Position numbers and translations under genes: made by a program. DNA of 64,000 nt from Bdellovibrionales bacterium (lineage in GTDB: Bacteria; Bdellovibrionota; Bdellovibrionia; Bdellovibrionales; UBA1609). Within the stretch, counting starts at the first letter, position 1. The number at the start of each line of letters is the position of its first letter. Positions 1-10,657 of this stretch are shown one piece after another. The DNA is taken from contig CBDHDF010000010.1 of the NCBI GenBank assembly GCA_965261545.1, positions 1,024,001-1,088,000 of the forward strand, given 5' to 3'. The notes beneath the pieces were generated by a model. That model searched no databases and had not been told where the DNA came from. It was given only the letters and a program-made list of their open reading frames with translations.

Positions 1-449
1 ACCCCTTCGCTCCAAGGACTCCGCTGGGCTTGTAGGCCCTTTGTTCGTCCTCTTCATCGCTACTATGAGTGGATCCGATTTCTTTATTTCGTTCATGGGT
101 TACGGTTACCTCCTTTCCCATGTCGCCCGTCGCACATGACGGGGTTAAATAAAGACCTCCCGAGGTCCCGGGATAAGATTCATGTATGTGCCAGTTTCTA
201 CGACGCCGTGGAGTCACCCACCAACTCACCATAGCGCTGGTGGGTATGTTGCGTTCGGCTACCATGACAGCCTCCGCACTCCAGAGTTCGGCATTTTCGA
301 CGCTCAATTATTTGGCCCACACACACCCCTACCGATACATCGCTTCGGCCTCACGGCCGACAGCGCACGGCTTGGGGAGAGAAGTGGTCGGTTGACCTTC
401 CTCTCGGGGGACTCTAACCCCCTATCTTATCTCAGTTCGCCCGGCGAAC
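1..449 (-). mobile_element. Probable group II intron, 5' part of the ribozyme (continues beyond the left edge)
   Basis: The minus strand starts GTTCGCCGGGCGAACTG at 449, a GUGYG-like 5' splice motif. The region is GC-rich with many short stems and no credible ORF. Plus-strand text such as CCCTTCGCTCCA and CTTCATCGCTACTATGAG resembles the antisense of bacterial group II introns. The RT ORF and domains V/VI are not in the window. Confidence 0.7.
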
Positions 450-450
450 C

Positions 451-636
451 ATAGGTGCTGCCTTCGTAGATAATGCCTCTACAGATGATCACTCTAACTT
501 ATTTGGTGGATGGTTTAACTTTGTATCAGCAGCTTCGCTTTTTAAATATATAGAGAAAACGGATACACTCACCCATGCAGAAATCTGCCATCCTAAAGGG
601 TGTGACATTCCACTCACCATTCTCAACAAAAGGTAA
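451..636 (+). pseudogene. Possible 3' fragment of a gene interrupted by the intron
   Basis: A 61-codon open frame with no start (IGAAFVDN...ILNKR*) begins at the intron boundary. Confidence 0.3.
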
Positions 637-649
637 GTGATTTCTTACT

Positions 650-780
650 AAACTTTATAATTTGATGTGGAGCAGACCTTGGTAGCCACAGCTTTGGCAA
701 TGTGGCTTTTGCCGGTTCCAGGGGAGTCAGTAAATAAGACATCCTTGTCTGCTTAATGAACTTTAAGTTCATTAATTCAA
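650..780 (-). pseudogene. istB: Degenerate IS21 istB fragment
   Basis: The minus strand reads ELMNLKFIKQ, then after a frameshift DKDVLFTDSPGTGKSHIAKAVATKVC. This matches the Walker A region of the IstB proteins elsewhere in the window. Confidence 0.6.
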
Positions 781-914
781 TTCCAAAACCTTCGAGAAAA
801 CTCAGGAAAACATGAAAGATGAACTAATGCGTTAAGTAATTGAAACCATTAGTTATAAATTTTAATGACTTAGCGGGGATTTCTGAAAACGGATTCTGAC
901 TACGAAACGAAAAA

Positions 915-989
915 TGGATGGGGCGGCAGGGATCGAACCTGCGAATGACGGGATCAAAACCCGTTGCCTTACCACTTGGCTACGCCCCA
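915..989 (-). tRNA. tRNA-Gln(TTG)
   Basis: Reverse complement TGGGGCGTAGCCAAGTGGTAAGGC-ACGGG TT TTG AT CCCGT-...GGTTCGATCC...CCCCATCCA; full cloverleaf with CCA. Confidence 0.97.
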
Positions 990-1133
990 GTTATGTGGAT
1001 ATAGATAGTTTTGATGGTTATTTTATAGCGAGCCTATGGGCTTGGGGCAAGGTCTATCACACCGAATGCCCTTGGACCTAATGCCACTTGTCAGAGGGGG
1101 ACATCGTCATCTCTTTGAAGTAAGGTCCCCCAC

Positions 1134-1928
1134 ATGGATAACCCTTGGAACCAACAGGCCCCTATTGCAGGCATTGAAAAAACCATTGTCATTGGCTCTG
1201 GCAAGGGTGGTGTCGGAAAAAGCACCGTTGCTGCCAACTTGGCTGTTGCCCTCCAGAAGGGCGGCCATAAAGTGGGTCTTCTCGATGCCGACCTCTACGG
1301 ACCCAGCCTCCCTCGAATCATGGGGGCTCTTGGGCAGCGTCCAGAAATGACCGAGGACCAAAAAATACTCCCCCTTGTTCGCTATGGACTGAAACTGATG
1401 AGCATGGGTTTTCTTATCGAAGAAAATGCTGCCGTGGTGTGGCGTGGCCCTATGCTTTTTAAGGCCATTCATCAATTTCTCAGAGATGTTCAATGGGGCG
1501 AGCTTGATTACCTCCTTGTGGACCTTCCTCCAGGAACAGGTGATATTCCCTTAAGCATGGCTCAAAAGGTTCCCGTGGATGGAGCCATTGTGGTTTGCAC
1601 TCCACAAAATATGGCTCTCACAGATGCTAAAAAGGCTGTGGATATGTTTCTTAAGATCAACATTCCCATTCTTGGTGTTGTCGAAAATATGGCATCCTTT
1701 ACCCCTCCCGGACAAAGTGAGGCTCTTTCTCTTTTTCCTAGGGGGGATCTTCATACTTTCTTAGAAACTCAAAAGATTTCCCAATTGGCAGAGCTTCCCT
1801 TTACTCAGGGTGTGGCCCTGTCCTGTGAAGCCGGAGTTCCCGCTGTGGAAAGCGATCCAAATATAAAGAAAAAGTTTGTAGCTCTTGCCAAAAAGGTGGA
1901 AGAACACTTTGTTGTTATTGGCTCGTGA
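1134..1928 (+). CDS. mrp: Mrp/ApbC (NBP35) Fe-S cluster carrier ATPase
   Basis: SGKGGVGKST, DADLYGPS, WRGPM, DLPPGTGD and GVVENM motifs. Confidence 0.95.
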   Translation: MDNPWNQQAPIAGIEKTIVIGSGKGGVGKSTVAANLAVALQKGGHKVGLLDADLYGPSLPRIMGALGQRPEMTEDQKILPLVRYGLKLMSMGFLIEENAAVVWRGPMLFKAIHQFLRDVQWGELDYLLVDLPPGTGDIPLSMAQKVPVDGAIVVCTPQNMALTDAKKAVDMFLKINIPILGVVENMASFTPPGQSEALSLFPRGDLHTFLETQKISQLAELPFTQGVALSCEAGVPAVESDPNIKKKFVALAKKVEEHFVVIGS

Positions 1929-1936
1929 GTGTAAAA

Positions 1937-2110
1937 TTATAGCCTTCTTTTAAATATTCTAGTGATGGGACAGTAGCCCCAAGACCCAGTGGCAAGAAGA
2001 AGGAGCCCCATATAAGCCCATATGGGGCCTCCAGCAATAGCCCAAGTTAACATGATGGTTCCAAGAGCGAGGCGAGAAACCCTCTGAAGGAAAGATATAT
2101 TTACTTCCAT
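1937..2110 (-). CDS. DUF2892/YgaP-like small membrane protein
   Basis: N-x4-R-x2-R start, two hydrophobic segments, TG...GYCP motif; start placed at MEVNIS. Confidence 0.75.
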   Translation of the reverse strand: MEVNISFLQRVSRLALGTIMLTWAIAGGPIWAYMGLLLLATGSWGYCPITRIFKRRL

Positions 2111-2152
2111 AAAACCACCAGTCTCTACATGATTAAATAACATGATTTAATA

Positions 2153-2476
2153 TTATGGTTGAAGGGCATCTTTAAGCTCCCCAGCCTCAAACATTTCTGT
2201 GAGGATATCGCTACCTCCAATGAGCTTTTTATGGGCATAAAGCTGGGGAATGGTTGGCCAGTTGCCATACTCTTTAATGCCTTGGCGTATTTCCTCATCT
2301 TCAAGGACATCGACACTACCAAACTCCACCCCCATTTCATTGAGTATGGCGACAGCTCGTGCTGAAAAGCCACATTGGGGAAAAGAGGGAGATCCCTTCA
2401 TAAAAAGGACGACGGGGTTTTGAATTAATATTTGGTCAATGCGATCTTTTACGAGTGTTTCTATGTTGCCATTCAT
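2153..2476 (-). CDS. grxD: Monothiol glutaredoxin Grx4
   Basis: FMKG...PQCGFS, WPTIPQLY and IGGSD motifs. Confidence 0.96.
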   Translation of the reverse strand: MNGNIETLVKDRIDQILIQNPVVLFMKGSPSFPQCGFSARAVAILNEMGVEFGSVDVLEDEEIRQGIKEYGNWPTIPQLYAHKKLIGGSDILTEMFEAGELKDALQP

Positions 2477-2524
2477 TACAAGTTCCTTTTAGTTAGAATT
2501 TTTCTTAGTTAAAATTTCTCTTAG

Positions 2525-5491
2525 TTAAAATTTCTTCGTGCTTGAATAATTATTATTATCGTATGACTCCACGGGAAGGCAAGAGCAAATAAAGTGGCGA
2601 TCTCCGTGGACATTATCCACACGACTTACAGGGGGCCAGAATTTGTGTTGCTTGACCCAGGAGAGGGGGTAGGCCGCTTTCTTTCGTGAGTAGGAGTGAT
2701 TCCAAGAATCCCCCACGAGTTGTTCTATGGAGTGGGGGGCTTGAGAGAGAACATTGTCGGTGGGGTCGATCTTGTATTTTTCGATATTTTCTTCAATTTC
2801 ACGAATCTCATTTCGTATGGAAATCATGGCTTCGCAAAAGCGGTCGAGTTCTTCCTTGGATTCACTCTCCGTGGGTTCAATCATCAATGTTCCTACCACG
2901 GGCCAAGACATGGTGGGAGCGTGAAATCCGTAGTCTATAAGTCGTTTGGCAATGTCATCCACGGAGACCCCAGCTGTCACCTTAAATGGTCTTGTGTCCA
3001 CAATGCACTCATGGGCCACCCACCCCCCTTGGTTGGCGTAGAGAATCGGATAGTGGGAGGAGAGCCTTTGAGCCATATAGTTGGCATTTAATATGGCGAC
3101 CTCAGTGGCTTTTTTAAGACCCGCAGCCCCCATCATTGCAATATAGGCCCAGGAAATGGGAAGGATGCTGGCACTGCCCCAAGGTGCGGCTGAAATTGCG
3201 GAAATTCCCCTTTTGGGTCCACACTGTGGGACGATACTGTGTGTGGGAAGGTAGTTTTTGAGGTGTTCTGCTACAACAATGGGGCCGACCCCAGGCCCTC
3301 CTCCGCCATGGGGGATACAAAATGTTTTGTGGAGATTCAAGTGACAAACATCAGGCCCATTCAGAGCTCCAGGTTGGCAAAAACCAATAAGGGCATTGAG
3401 ATTGGCTCCATCCATGTAAACTTGCCCTCCATGTTTATGGATGAGTTCGCAAATGGAGAGAAAGCCTTCTTCAAAAACCCCATGGGTGGAAGGGTAGGTC
3501 ATCATCAGTGCGGCGAGATGATGACGGTGTTCGTGGGCCTTGGCTTTGAGATCCTTGAAATCAATGTTGCCTTGGTGGTCACACTGAACCACCACAACTT
3601 TCATACCAGCCATGATTGTGCTGGCGGGATTGGTGCCATGGGCAGAGCTGGGAATGAGGCATATATCTCTTTGGCCTTGCTGGCAGCTGCGGTGGTACTG
3701 TCGAATAACAAGAAGACCTGCAAGTTCACCCTGGGAACCTGCATTGGGTTGCAGGGAGATGGCAGCAAAGCCTGTAATTTCACAGAGCCAGCTTTCTAGC
3801 TCAGCAATCATTTCCATGTAACCTTCAGCTTGTTGGATCGGAGCTAGAGGGTGGAGTTGGTTCCATTCAGGCCATGTTATGGGCATCATCTCTGTGGTGG
3901 CATTGAGCTTCATGGTGCAGGAACCTAGAGGAATCATGGATTTGTTGAGGCACAGATCTTTCTCTTCAAGGCTTCGTATATAGCGAAGCATTTCTGTTTC
4001 CGAATGATAGGAGTTAAACACGACATGTGTGAGGTAGTTGGTTTTTCGTATAAGGTGATGGGGCCAAGTGGGGGCATCGCATGTGTCAGCCTCCACATCA
4101 TTATCACGATCACTATTATTATCATTGGATGACGTGTCATTATAAGATGATGTGTTAGCTTTCGTCTGTTCAAATTTCGCCTGTTCAAACAGAGAAAGCA
4201 ATTGGGCCACATCTTTTTTTGTGGTGGTTTCGTCCAAAGAGAGGCCCAAGTGTTCTTCGTCCCATTGGGCTAAGTTGAGCCCCCTTGCCTGAGTGAGTTG
4301 CACGACCTTGCGGACTTTGAATTTGTCCAAATGAATTTTTAAAGTATCAAAATAGTGAGGGTTCACCAGGCAGTCTCCTAGACTCCTTTGAAGGCCGAGG
4401 GCCAAGGCTCTTGTGAGCCTATGGACTCTTTGGGCTATGTTTTTAAGACCTTCGGGACCATGGTAAACGGCATACATAGAAGCCATCACTGCGGGCAAAA
4501 CTTGGGCGGTACAAATGTTGCTGGTGGCCTTTTCGCGACGAATATGCTGTTCACGGGTTTGCAGAGTGAGCCGAAGGGCCGTATGACCATGGACATCCTT
4601 GGAAACGCCAACAATGCGTCCGGGGAGAAGTCTCTTATGTAGCTTGCGACAGGCAATATAGGCGGCGTGAGGTCCCCCAAAACCCATGGGCATCCCAAAT
4701 CGCTGGGTGGTTCCGTAGGTGATATCGGCCCCCCACTCTCCTGGAGACTGCAAGACACAAAGGGAAAGCAAATCAGCCCCCCAAATCATAAGAGCTTTGT
4801 GAAGATGAGCCTTTTGAGTAAGGAGGGCTCCATCTTCCACAGCACCACAGGCCCCAGGAGATTGAGCAATCACAGCAAAAACAGGCTCGTTTTCAAAGTT
4901 ATGTTCCATGGCTTTTTTGTGGAGAATTTCAATGCCCATAGGTTCACAGCGAGTCTTTAATATTTCCAAACTCTGGGGAAATAAACTTTGATCCACAAGA
5001 AGCCGGTGACCTCTCTTTTTTTGAATATCGTGGGCCATGGACACGGCTTCTCCCGCTGCTGTTCCTTCATCGAGAAGGGAGGCGTTGGCCACATCCATAC
5101 CTGTGAGGTCGATAATCATAGTTTGAAAGTTCAAAAGAGCTTCCATACGTCCTTGGGAAATTTCGGCTTGATAGGGAGTATAGGCCGTGTACCACCCTGG
5201 ATTTTCTAAAATATTTCTAAGGATCACATGGGGGGTATGGCAATTGTAATACCCCATGCCGATGTAGGATTTAAATATTTTATTTTTGTCAGAGAGGTCG
5301 CGAGATCGCTGGAGGCACTCCACTTCACTGAGGGGAGTCTCTAAATTTAAAAAAGACTTCATATTTTGAATATCGCAGGGAGCAGACTTTTGAATAAGCT
5401 CTTTAAGGCTACCTAGCTTTAAGAAGCGGAGCATTTCTGAAATATCAGAATCACTGGGGCCAATATGGCGTGAAGTGAAATCAGATCTCAT
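2525..5491 (-). CDS. gcvP: Glycine dehydrogenase (glycine cleavage P protein)
   Basis: [47 protein letters not shown]. Confidence 0.98.
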   Translation of the reverse strand: MRSDFTSRHIGPSDSDISEMLRFLKLGSLKELIQKSAPCDIQNMKSFLNLETPLSEVECLQRSRDLSDKNKIFKSYIGMGYYNCHTPHVILRNILENPGWYTAYTPYQAEISQGRMEALLNFQTMIIDLTGMDVANASLLDEGTAAGEAVSMAHDIQKKRGHRLLVDQSLFPQSLEILKTRCEPMGIEILHKKAMEHNFENEPVFAVIAQSPGACGAVEDGALLTQKAHLHKALMIWGADLLSLCVLQSPGEWGADITYGTTQRFGMPMGFGGPHAAYIACRKLHKRLLPGRIVGVSKDVHGHTALRLTLQTREQHIRREKATSNICTAQVLPAVMASMYAVYHGPEGLKNIAQRVHRLTRALALGLQRSLGDCLVNPHYFDTLKIHLDKFKVRKVVQLTQARGLNLAQWDEEHLGLSLDETTTKKDVAQLLSLFEQAKFEQTKANTSSYNDTSSNDNNSDRDNDVEADTCDAPTWPHHLIRKTNYLTHVVFNSYHSETEMLRYIRSLEEKDLCLNKSMIPLGSCTMKLNATTEMMPITWPEWNQLHPLAPIQQAEGYMEMIAELESWLCEITGFAAISLQPNAGSQGELAGLLVIRQYHRSCQQGQRDICLIPSSAHGTNPASTIMAGMKVVVVQCDHQGNIDFKDLKAKAHEHRHHLAALMMTYPSTHGVFEEGFLSICELIHKHGGQVYMDGANLNALIGFCQPGALNGPDVCHLNLHKTFCIPHGGGGPGVGPIVVAEHLKNYLPTHSIVPQCGPKRGISAISAAPWGSASILPISWAYIAMMGAAGLKKATEVAILNANYMAQRLSSHYPILYANQGGWVAHECIVDTRPFKVTAGVSVDDIAKRLIDYGFHAPTMSWPVVGTLMIEPTESESKEELDRFCEAMISIRNEIREIEENIEKYKIDPTDNVLSQAPHSIEQLVGDSWNHSYSRKKAAYPLSWVKQHKFWPPVSRVDNVHGDRHFICSCLPVESYDNNNYSSTKKF

Positions 5492-5492
5492 T

Positions 5493-6143
5493 TTATTGGG
5501 TTTGCTTTTTATTAGTCTTTGTGATCTTTGTAGCTTTTTTTGTAGCTGCCTTCCTCGTTGTTTTCTTTTTTGTGGATTTGGTCTTCTTGGCTTTTTTCTC
5601 AGTTTTCTTTTTCTTTCTGAGTTTCTTTTTGAGTTTCGTAGATGCCTTTTTCAGTTCAGTTTTTTGTTGCTGTACTTTTTTCTTCAATAGAACAAAGGAG
5701 GATCCCATTTCTTGACCCGTTTCACGTAACTTTCTCAACGCCCTATTGAAATCCCTGTCAAATTGCTTTTGGGCACTGGCAATAGATTTATTGAGTTTTT
5801 GAAATCTAGCCTCTGCGTCTTTAAGGCGCTTTTGCGCGGATGGACTTAAATGAGATTCCAAATTAAAATTTTGAATTTCATTTTGAATCTCCTTGGAGAG
5901 ACGGGAGAACTCTTTTTTAAGTTCATCTACATCTTTGATCTTCTTCAATCTTTGGGTGGCTTCTTTGATTTTGCTCCAATTTATAGACTTGGCGCTTTTA
6001 GAATTCTTGGCATTTTTAGAGCCCTTGGCGCTTTTAGGATCCTTGGCGTTTTTAGAGCCCTTGGCACTTGCAGAACCCTTAGAGTTTTTAGAACTCTCAG
6101 AACTTTTAGAACTTTTAGAATTTTCAGAACTCTTGGAATCCAT
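5493..6143 (-). CDS. Lys/Ser-rich coiled-coil hypothetical protein
   Basis: GGAGG RBS; N-terminal SKx repeats, central coiled coil, very basic C-terminal tail; abuts gcvP. Confidence 0.65.
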   Translation of the reverse strand: MDSKSSENSKSSKSSESSKNSKGSASAKGSKNAKDPKSAKGSKNAKNSKSAKSINWSKIKEATQRLKKIKDVDELKKEFSRLSKEIQNEIQNFNLESHLSPSAQKRLKDAEARFQKLNKSIASAQKQFDRDFNRALRKLRETGQEMGSSFVLLKKKVQQQKTELKKASTKLKKKLRKKKKTEKKAKKTKSTKKKTTRKAATKKATKITKTNKKQTQ

Positions 6144-6296
6144 AATTTACCTCCATGCTAGTTGGTGTGGCCCTAGTGCCACCGCCTATTCTTCTTAGCC
6201 TTTACTAATACTTCTTATTCTTATAATTAGTTATGGTTGTCAACCTTATGACTCTTATGACTTGACCTCCACCTCTGGGCTTTGTAGTCCGTAAAT

Positions 6297-7643
6297 GTGC
6301 TTTGTACGACATTTTCCAAGTCCATCCAAGGGCTTTCTCTCCGCCAAGCTAAGTTATTTCCTGAGAAATTTGATTCATGGCTCGGTGGAGTTGTACTTGC
6401 CGCTGATGGTCGCTTTCTCCATCTGGGGGGGCAGGGGTTGGCGTTGAGAGCCTTACACTCTGGACTCCCCCCTCTATTTCAAGGGGATAAGGTTCTCATA
6501 AGATTGGGAAAAAAAGAGTTTCACCAGTGGTTGCAAGAGAGTCAATATCTAGTCAGTGAGATTTTTGAAGTCGAAGTTTTAGCCCCGGCCTATGGTCAGA
6601 GAAGATTAAATGGCCAGAGAAGATTCAATACCCAGAAAAGGTTGCAGGGAGAGGAAATGGGATCTTTAAGTTCCCACCGGTATCATTTGACTCAACTTTG
6701 GAATGAGTTTGTTCAGGTCACAAGGGATTACTTTAAAGAAAAGGGCTTTGTGGAAACTTCCACCCCTAGCTTAGTAAAGTGCCCAGGACTTGAACCCACC
6801 CTGGAACCCATGGCGACGACAGTTTCCGTGGGGCAGAGTTCAAAAACGCTTTTTCTACCTACGAGCCCCGAATTGCACTTGAAGAAGCTTTTATCCCAGG
6901 GTTGGAGTGAAATCTTTGAAGTGAGATCTTGCTTTCGCAATGGAGAACTTTCTTCATCTCACCAACCTGAATTTACCATTCTTGAGTGGTATCGAGCCTA
7001 TGATTCCCTAGGGTCTATCGCTGATGATCTTCAAGGATTGATGGGAGTCTTTGCCAAAAGAGGTTTTATTTTGGGACCCTCAAAAGGTTACATTGGTGAA
7101 AAGAAATTTCAAATTTGCTCCCTAGCCCAACTTTTTTTAGAGCATACGGGGATAAAGCTTACCCCATGGACGCCACGAAGCGAGCTTGTGGAGTATTGTG
7201 AGTCTATTTCTCAACCTGTAAGCCCTGAGGACACATGGGATGATGTTTTTCACCTTATTTTTCTCACAAAAATAGAGTGTCACCTCGGTATTGCAGGACC
7301 TGAGTTGATTCATAACTTTCCCCCCTCTCAAGCAGCCTTGGCTCAAATCAATAAAGAGGGGTGGGCCGATCGCTTTGAGTTTTATTGGAGGGGCTTTGAA
7401 ATCGGCAACGCCTTTAATGAGTTGACGGACCCTGTGGAACAAAGGCGAAGAATGGAAAAAGAAGTTCTTTTGAGAAAGCAAAGGGGGCAGACAGAGGTTC
7501 CCATGGATGAAGAGTTTATAGAAGCTCTTGAAAGGGGGGTGCCCCCCTGCGCAGGTATTGCTGTGGGACTTGAAAGATTGTTTCTGGCTTGTCGAAAAAT
7601 GGAAAGCCTTGGTGATTTGCGCCTTTTTCCCTATTCTATGTGA
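6297..7643 (+). CDS. epmA: EF-P lysine aminoacylase EpmA/GenX with N-terminal extension
   Basis: LPTSPELHLKKLL, FRNGE...HQPEFTILEWY, RFEFY, EIGNAFNELTD, GIAVGLERL. Confidence 0.93.
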   Translation: MLCTTFSKSIQGLSLRQAKLFPEKFDSWLGGVVLAADGRFLHLGGQGLALRALHSGLPPLFQGDKVLIRLGKKEFHQWLQESQYLVSEIFEVEVLAPAYGQRRLNGQRRFNTQKRLQGEEMGSLSSHRYHLTQLWNEFVQVTRDYFKEKGFVETSTPSLVKCPGLEPTLEPMATTVSVGQSSKTLFLPTSPELHLKKLLSQGWSEIFEVRSCFRNGELSSSHQPEFTILEWYRAYDSLGSIADDLQGLMGVFAKRGFILGPSKGYIGEKKFQICSLAQLFLEHTGIKLTPWTPRSELVEYCESISQPVSPEDTWDDVFHLIFLTKIECHLGIAGPELIHNFPPSQAALAQINKEGWADRFEFYWRGFEIGNAFNELTDPVEQRRRMEKEVLLRKQRGQTEVPMDEEFIEALERGVPPCAGIAVGLERLFLACRKMESLGDLRLFPYSM

Positions 7644-8854
7644 GCCAAGGTCTTTTTATAAGCCTCAACGGTTTGGCGGACCATTTGCTTGGTATCAAAA
7701 AGGCTCATAACCTTTTGGCGAGCCCGTTGCCCTATGAGCCCCATGGCCAAATGACCTTCGGAGATCTTAATGAGAAGTTGGTACAAATTTCCCACATCGG
7801 CGGGGCGTATGAGAAAACCATCCACTTGGTCCTCAACCACTGTGGAAATGGGGCTCATCTCAGAACCGATGATGACCTTTTGTTGAGCCATGGCTTCGAT
7901 CATACTTGGGTCAAGCCCGGAGGTTCTAGAACTTAAATTGACAAAGGTGTCGGCAAGGGCAATGTAGTCCAGAAGATCAAGATGGCTAACAGCACCTGTA
8001 AAAATGACCTTTGACCCTAGGGCCAAATCGAGCGTGTCTCTCTCAATCTTTTTAAACAAAGGGCCCTCTCCTATGATGATAAGCCGGGCCGAGGGCTTTT
8101 TAATCACCACTTTCTCAAAGGCGCGTAGTAGGTTTCTTATTTCAGCCACTTCAATCATATCTGTGGAGGTCACAGTGATTCGAGCCGATTCGGGGAGGCC
8201 AAGCTTTTTTCGTAGCTCTTCAGACCTTTCTCTGGGAGATAAATCTCCAATTTCAATACCATAGGGGATGGAGTATGTTCTAAGCTCAGGGTATAGGTAG
8301 TGTCTTTCAAGGGCCATCTTTTGCTGGGGACTTGTCACAAACATACCGTCGGCCGTCTTTAATAATTTACGATCTCCTCCATAGTAGGTTTTAAGAAACA
8401 CATAGGCCACCTTCAAACTAGTGCGAATCATACTTGCAAAAGACTCTTGGGTGAGGCCCATAATAGAAAAAACCTGCGCCATTCTTGTGGCTTCTACATT
8501 GTAGGTCATGGCCACCTTGTATTGCTTTTTTTTCAAACCAATTTCTAGGCCATTTTTGTCGATGCTGTGAACAATATGAAAGGGTTTTTGAGCGTGAAGT
8601 TCAGAGAATTTTCTGTGAGCCACTGAGGAAAATTTTTCCCTGGGATAGAGGTGCCCCAGATAGAATGCAGAGATACCCTCTTCTTTAATTTCGTGTTGGC
8701 CTTGGGGATTGGTATGGGAGAGAACAGTGACTTCATGGTCTTGAGCGAGACCTCGCGCAATAGGCCATAGAAAGCCATGGGTTGCAGCCCTTCCCAATAA
8801 AGGAAATTTTTTGGCAACAAGGCAAATGGATAGTTTTTCTGAGTGACGAGTCAT
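7631..8854 (-). CDS. Glycosyltransferase family 4 (GT-B)
   Basis: IPYGIE, LIIIGEGP, ADTFV, IEAMA and DGFLI motifs. Confidence 0.85.
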   Translation of the reverse strand: MTRHSEKLSICLVAKKFPLLGRAATHGFLWPIARGLAQDHEVTVLSHTNPQGQHEIKEEGISAFYLGHLYPREKFSSVAHRKFSELHAQKPFHIVHSIDKNGLEIGLKKKQYKVAMTYNVEATRMAQVFSIMGLTQESFASMIRTSLKVAYVFLKTYYGGDRKLLKTADGMFVTSPQQKMALERHYLYPELRTYSIPYGIEIGDLSPRERSEELRKKLGLPESARITVTSTDMIEVAEIRNLLRAFEKVVIKKPSARLIIIGEGPLFKKIERDTLDLALGSKVIFTGAVSHLDLLDYIALADTFVNLSSRTSGLDPSMIEAMAQQKVIIGSEMSPISTVVEDQVDGFLIRPADVGNLYQLLIKISEGHLAMGLIGQRARQKVMSLFDTKQMVRQTVEAYKKTLAHIE

Positions 8855-8944
8855 AGACCTAGAGCTTACCTCGATTTTTAGATAGATGGCCAGTTATAAA
8901 AGCAAGTGGGATCGTATATTCTACAGTAAGCTCAAGGAGGTAGT

Positions 8945-10657
8945 TTGTCCCGTCGCAAAGGCCTAGGTGAAATTTTTGTTGAAAAGGGCTTCATTAGTTT
9001 TGCTCAACTTGAAGAAGCTCGCCAAGAGCAGAAGGCTGGCAATGGTCAATTGACCTCTATTCTTGTCCACAAGGGACTTGTTAAAGAACAAGATTTACTC
9101 AATTTTCTAGGCGAAGAATACAGCTTGGCCGTGATTGATTTGAATCAATTCGAAGTGGATCCCGAAGCCGTCAAACTCGTTCCCCAACGCATTTGTGAAA
9201 AACATCGGGTCATTCCCATTCAAAAAGCGGATCGAACTTTAGTGGTCGCCTTTTCCGACCCAAGCAATATCTTTGTGAAAGATGATTTAAGCCTTTTGAC
9301 TCGATGTAAGATTGAGCTGGTTCTTAGTTCAGAAAGAGCTATTTTAGCGGCCATTGACACCCACTATGGAACCACCAATCAGCAGATGTCGGACTTGATG
9401 TCTGAAATGGAAGATGGGGACGAAGAACTTAGTGTGGAAGGGGATGACGATGTCATCGATAAGAGCGCTGATATTGATGATGGTCCCATTATTAAGTTTG
9501 TGAATGCCATGTTGGCCGAAGCCATTAAATTAAAAGCATCAGATATTCATGTTGAGCCTTATGAAAAACGCCTAAGAATCCGATTTAGGATTGATGGGGT
9601 TTTGCAGGAAAAAACCCAGCCACCCGTGGGAGCCGCAGCGAATATTGTCAGTCGTATTAAGGTTTTGTGTCGTATGGATATTGCCCAAAAGAGATTGCCT
9701 CAAGATGGTCGTTTCAAAGTGAAACTCCAAAAGGGAGCAAGCATTGACTTTCGTGTCAGTTGCTTGCCGACATTCTCTGGTGAGAAGGTGGTTCTGCGTA
9801 TTTTGGATAAATCCAACTTGCAGGTCAAAGTGGAAGACATTGGATTTGAGTCTACGGACTTTGAGATGTTTCAAAAGGTGATCCATCAACCCCAAGGAAT
9901 GGTTCTTATCACGGGGCCCACGGGAAGTGGTAAAACAACCACCATTTACTCAGCACTTGCAGAACTAAACAAGGTGACAGCCAATATTTCTACAGCTGAA
10001 GACCCTGTGGAATTCAACTTGGATGGAATCAATCAAGTACAGGTCAACAACGAAATCGGCTTTACTTTTCCTGCGGCTCTACGCTCCTTTTTGAGGCAAG
10101 ACCCTGACATCATTATGGTGGGAGAGATTCGTGATTTAGACACAGCATCTATTGCCTACAAGGCGGCATCCACAGGTCACTTGGTGGTGAGCACCCTTCA
10201 CACCAATGACGCCGCAGGGACGGTGAATAGATTGATCAATATGGGTGTTCCGGCCTATGTGGTGGCGGAGGCCACCACCCTGATTGTCGCTCAAAGGCTG
10301 ATTAAAACCATTTGTCCCAACTGTATCGTGGATCATACCGTGGATACGGAGACTTTGATGGACTTGGGAGTGCCCGAAGAAGATTTGGACAAATTCGGCC
10401 AACTAAGCCGTGGAGAAGGTTGTCCTCGGTGCAATGGGTCGGGTCTTTCGGGTCGAATGGCTATTTTTGAAGTGATGAAAGTCTCAGGTGCTGTTAAAGA
10501 GACCATACTTCGTGGGGATTCAGCCCTTTCCATTAAGAAGCACGCCATAAGACATGAGGGCATGACATCCTTAAGACATAGTGCCCTCTTAAAACTCATG
10601 AGGGCGCAGACCACTGTGGAAGAGGTTCTCAATGTTTCAGTGGGAGATGAAGATTGA
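8945..10657 (+). CDS. pilB: Type IV pilus assembly ATPase PilB
   Basis: MshEN-like N-terminus, ASDIHVEP, GPTGSGKTTT, LRQDPD, tetra-Cys motif. Confidence 0.96.
   Translation: MSRRKGLGEIFVEKGFISFAQLEEARQEQKAGNGQLTSILVHKGLVKEQDLLNFLGEEYSLAVIDLNQFEVDPEAVKLVPQRICEKHRVIPIQKADRTLVVAFSDPSNIFVKDDLSLLTRCKIELVLSSERAILAAIDTHYGTTNQQMSDLMSEMEDGDEELSVEGDDDVIDKSADIDDGPIIKFVNAMLAEAIKLKASDIHVEPYEKRLRIRFRIDGVLQEKTQPPVGAAANIVSRIKVLCRMDIAQKRLPQDGRFKVKLQKGASIDFRVSCLPTFSGEKVVLRILDKSNLQVKVEDIGFESTDFEMFQKVIHQPQGMVLITGPTGSGKTTTIYSALAELNKVTANISTAEDPVEFNLDGINQVQVNNEIGFTFPAALRSFLRQDPDIIMVGEIRDLDTASIAYKAASTGHLVVSTLHTNDAAGTVNRLINMGVPAYVVAEATTLIVAQRLIKTICPNCIVDHTVDTETLMDLGVPEEDLDKFGQLSRGEGCPRCNGSGLSGRMAIFEVMKVSGAVKETILRGDSALSIKKHAIRHEGMTSLRHSALLKLMRAQTTVEEVLNVSVGDED

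Noticed and set aside
182..454. 90-aa and 69-aa plus-strand ORFs
   Set aside because: Antisense to the intron-like RNA; no motifs or RBS.
450..457. CATAGGTG matching the IS4 terminus
   Set aside because: Only 8 bp match and there is no partner end; likely chance.
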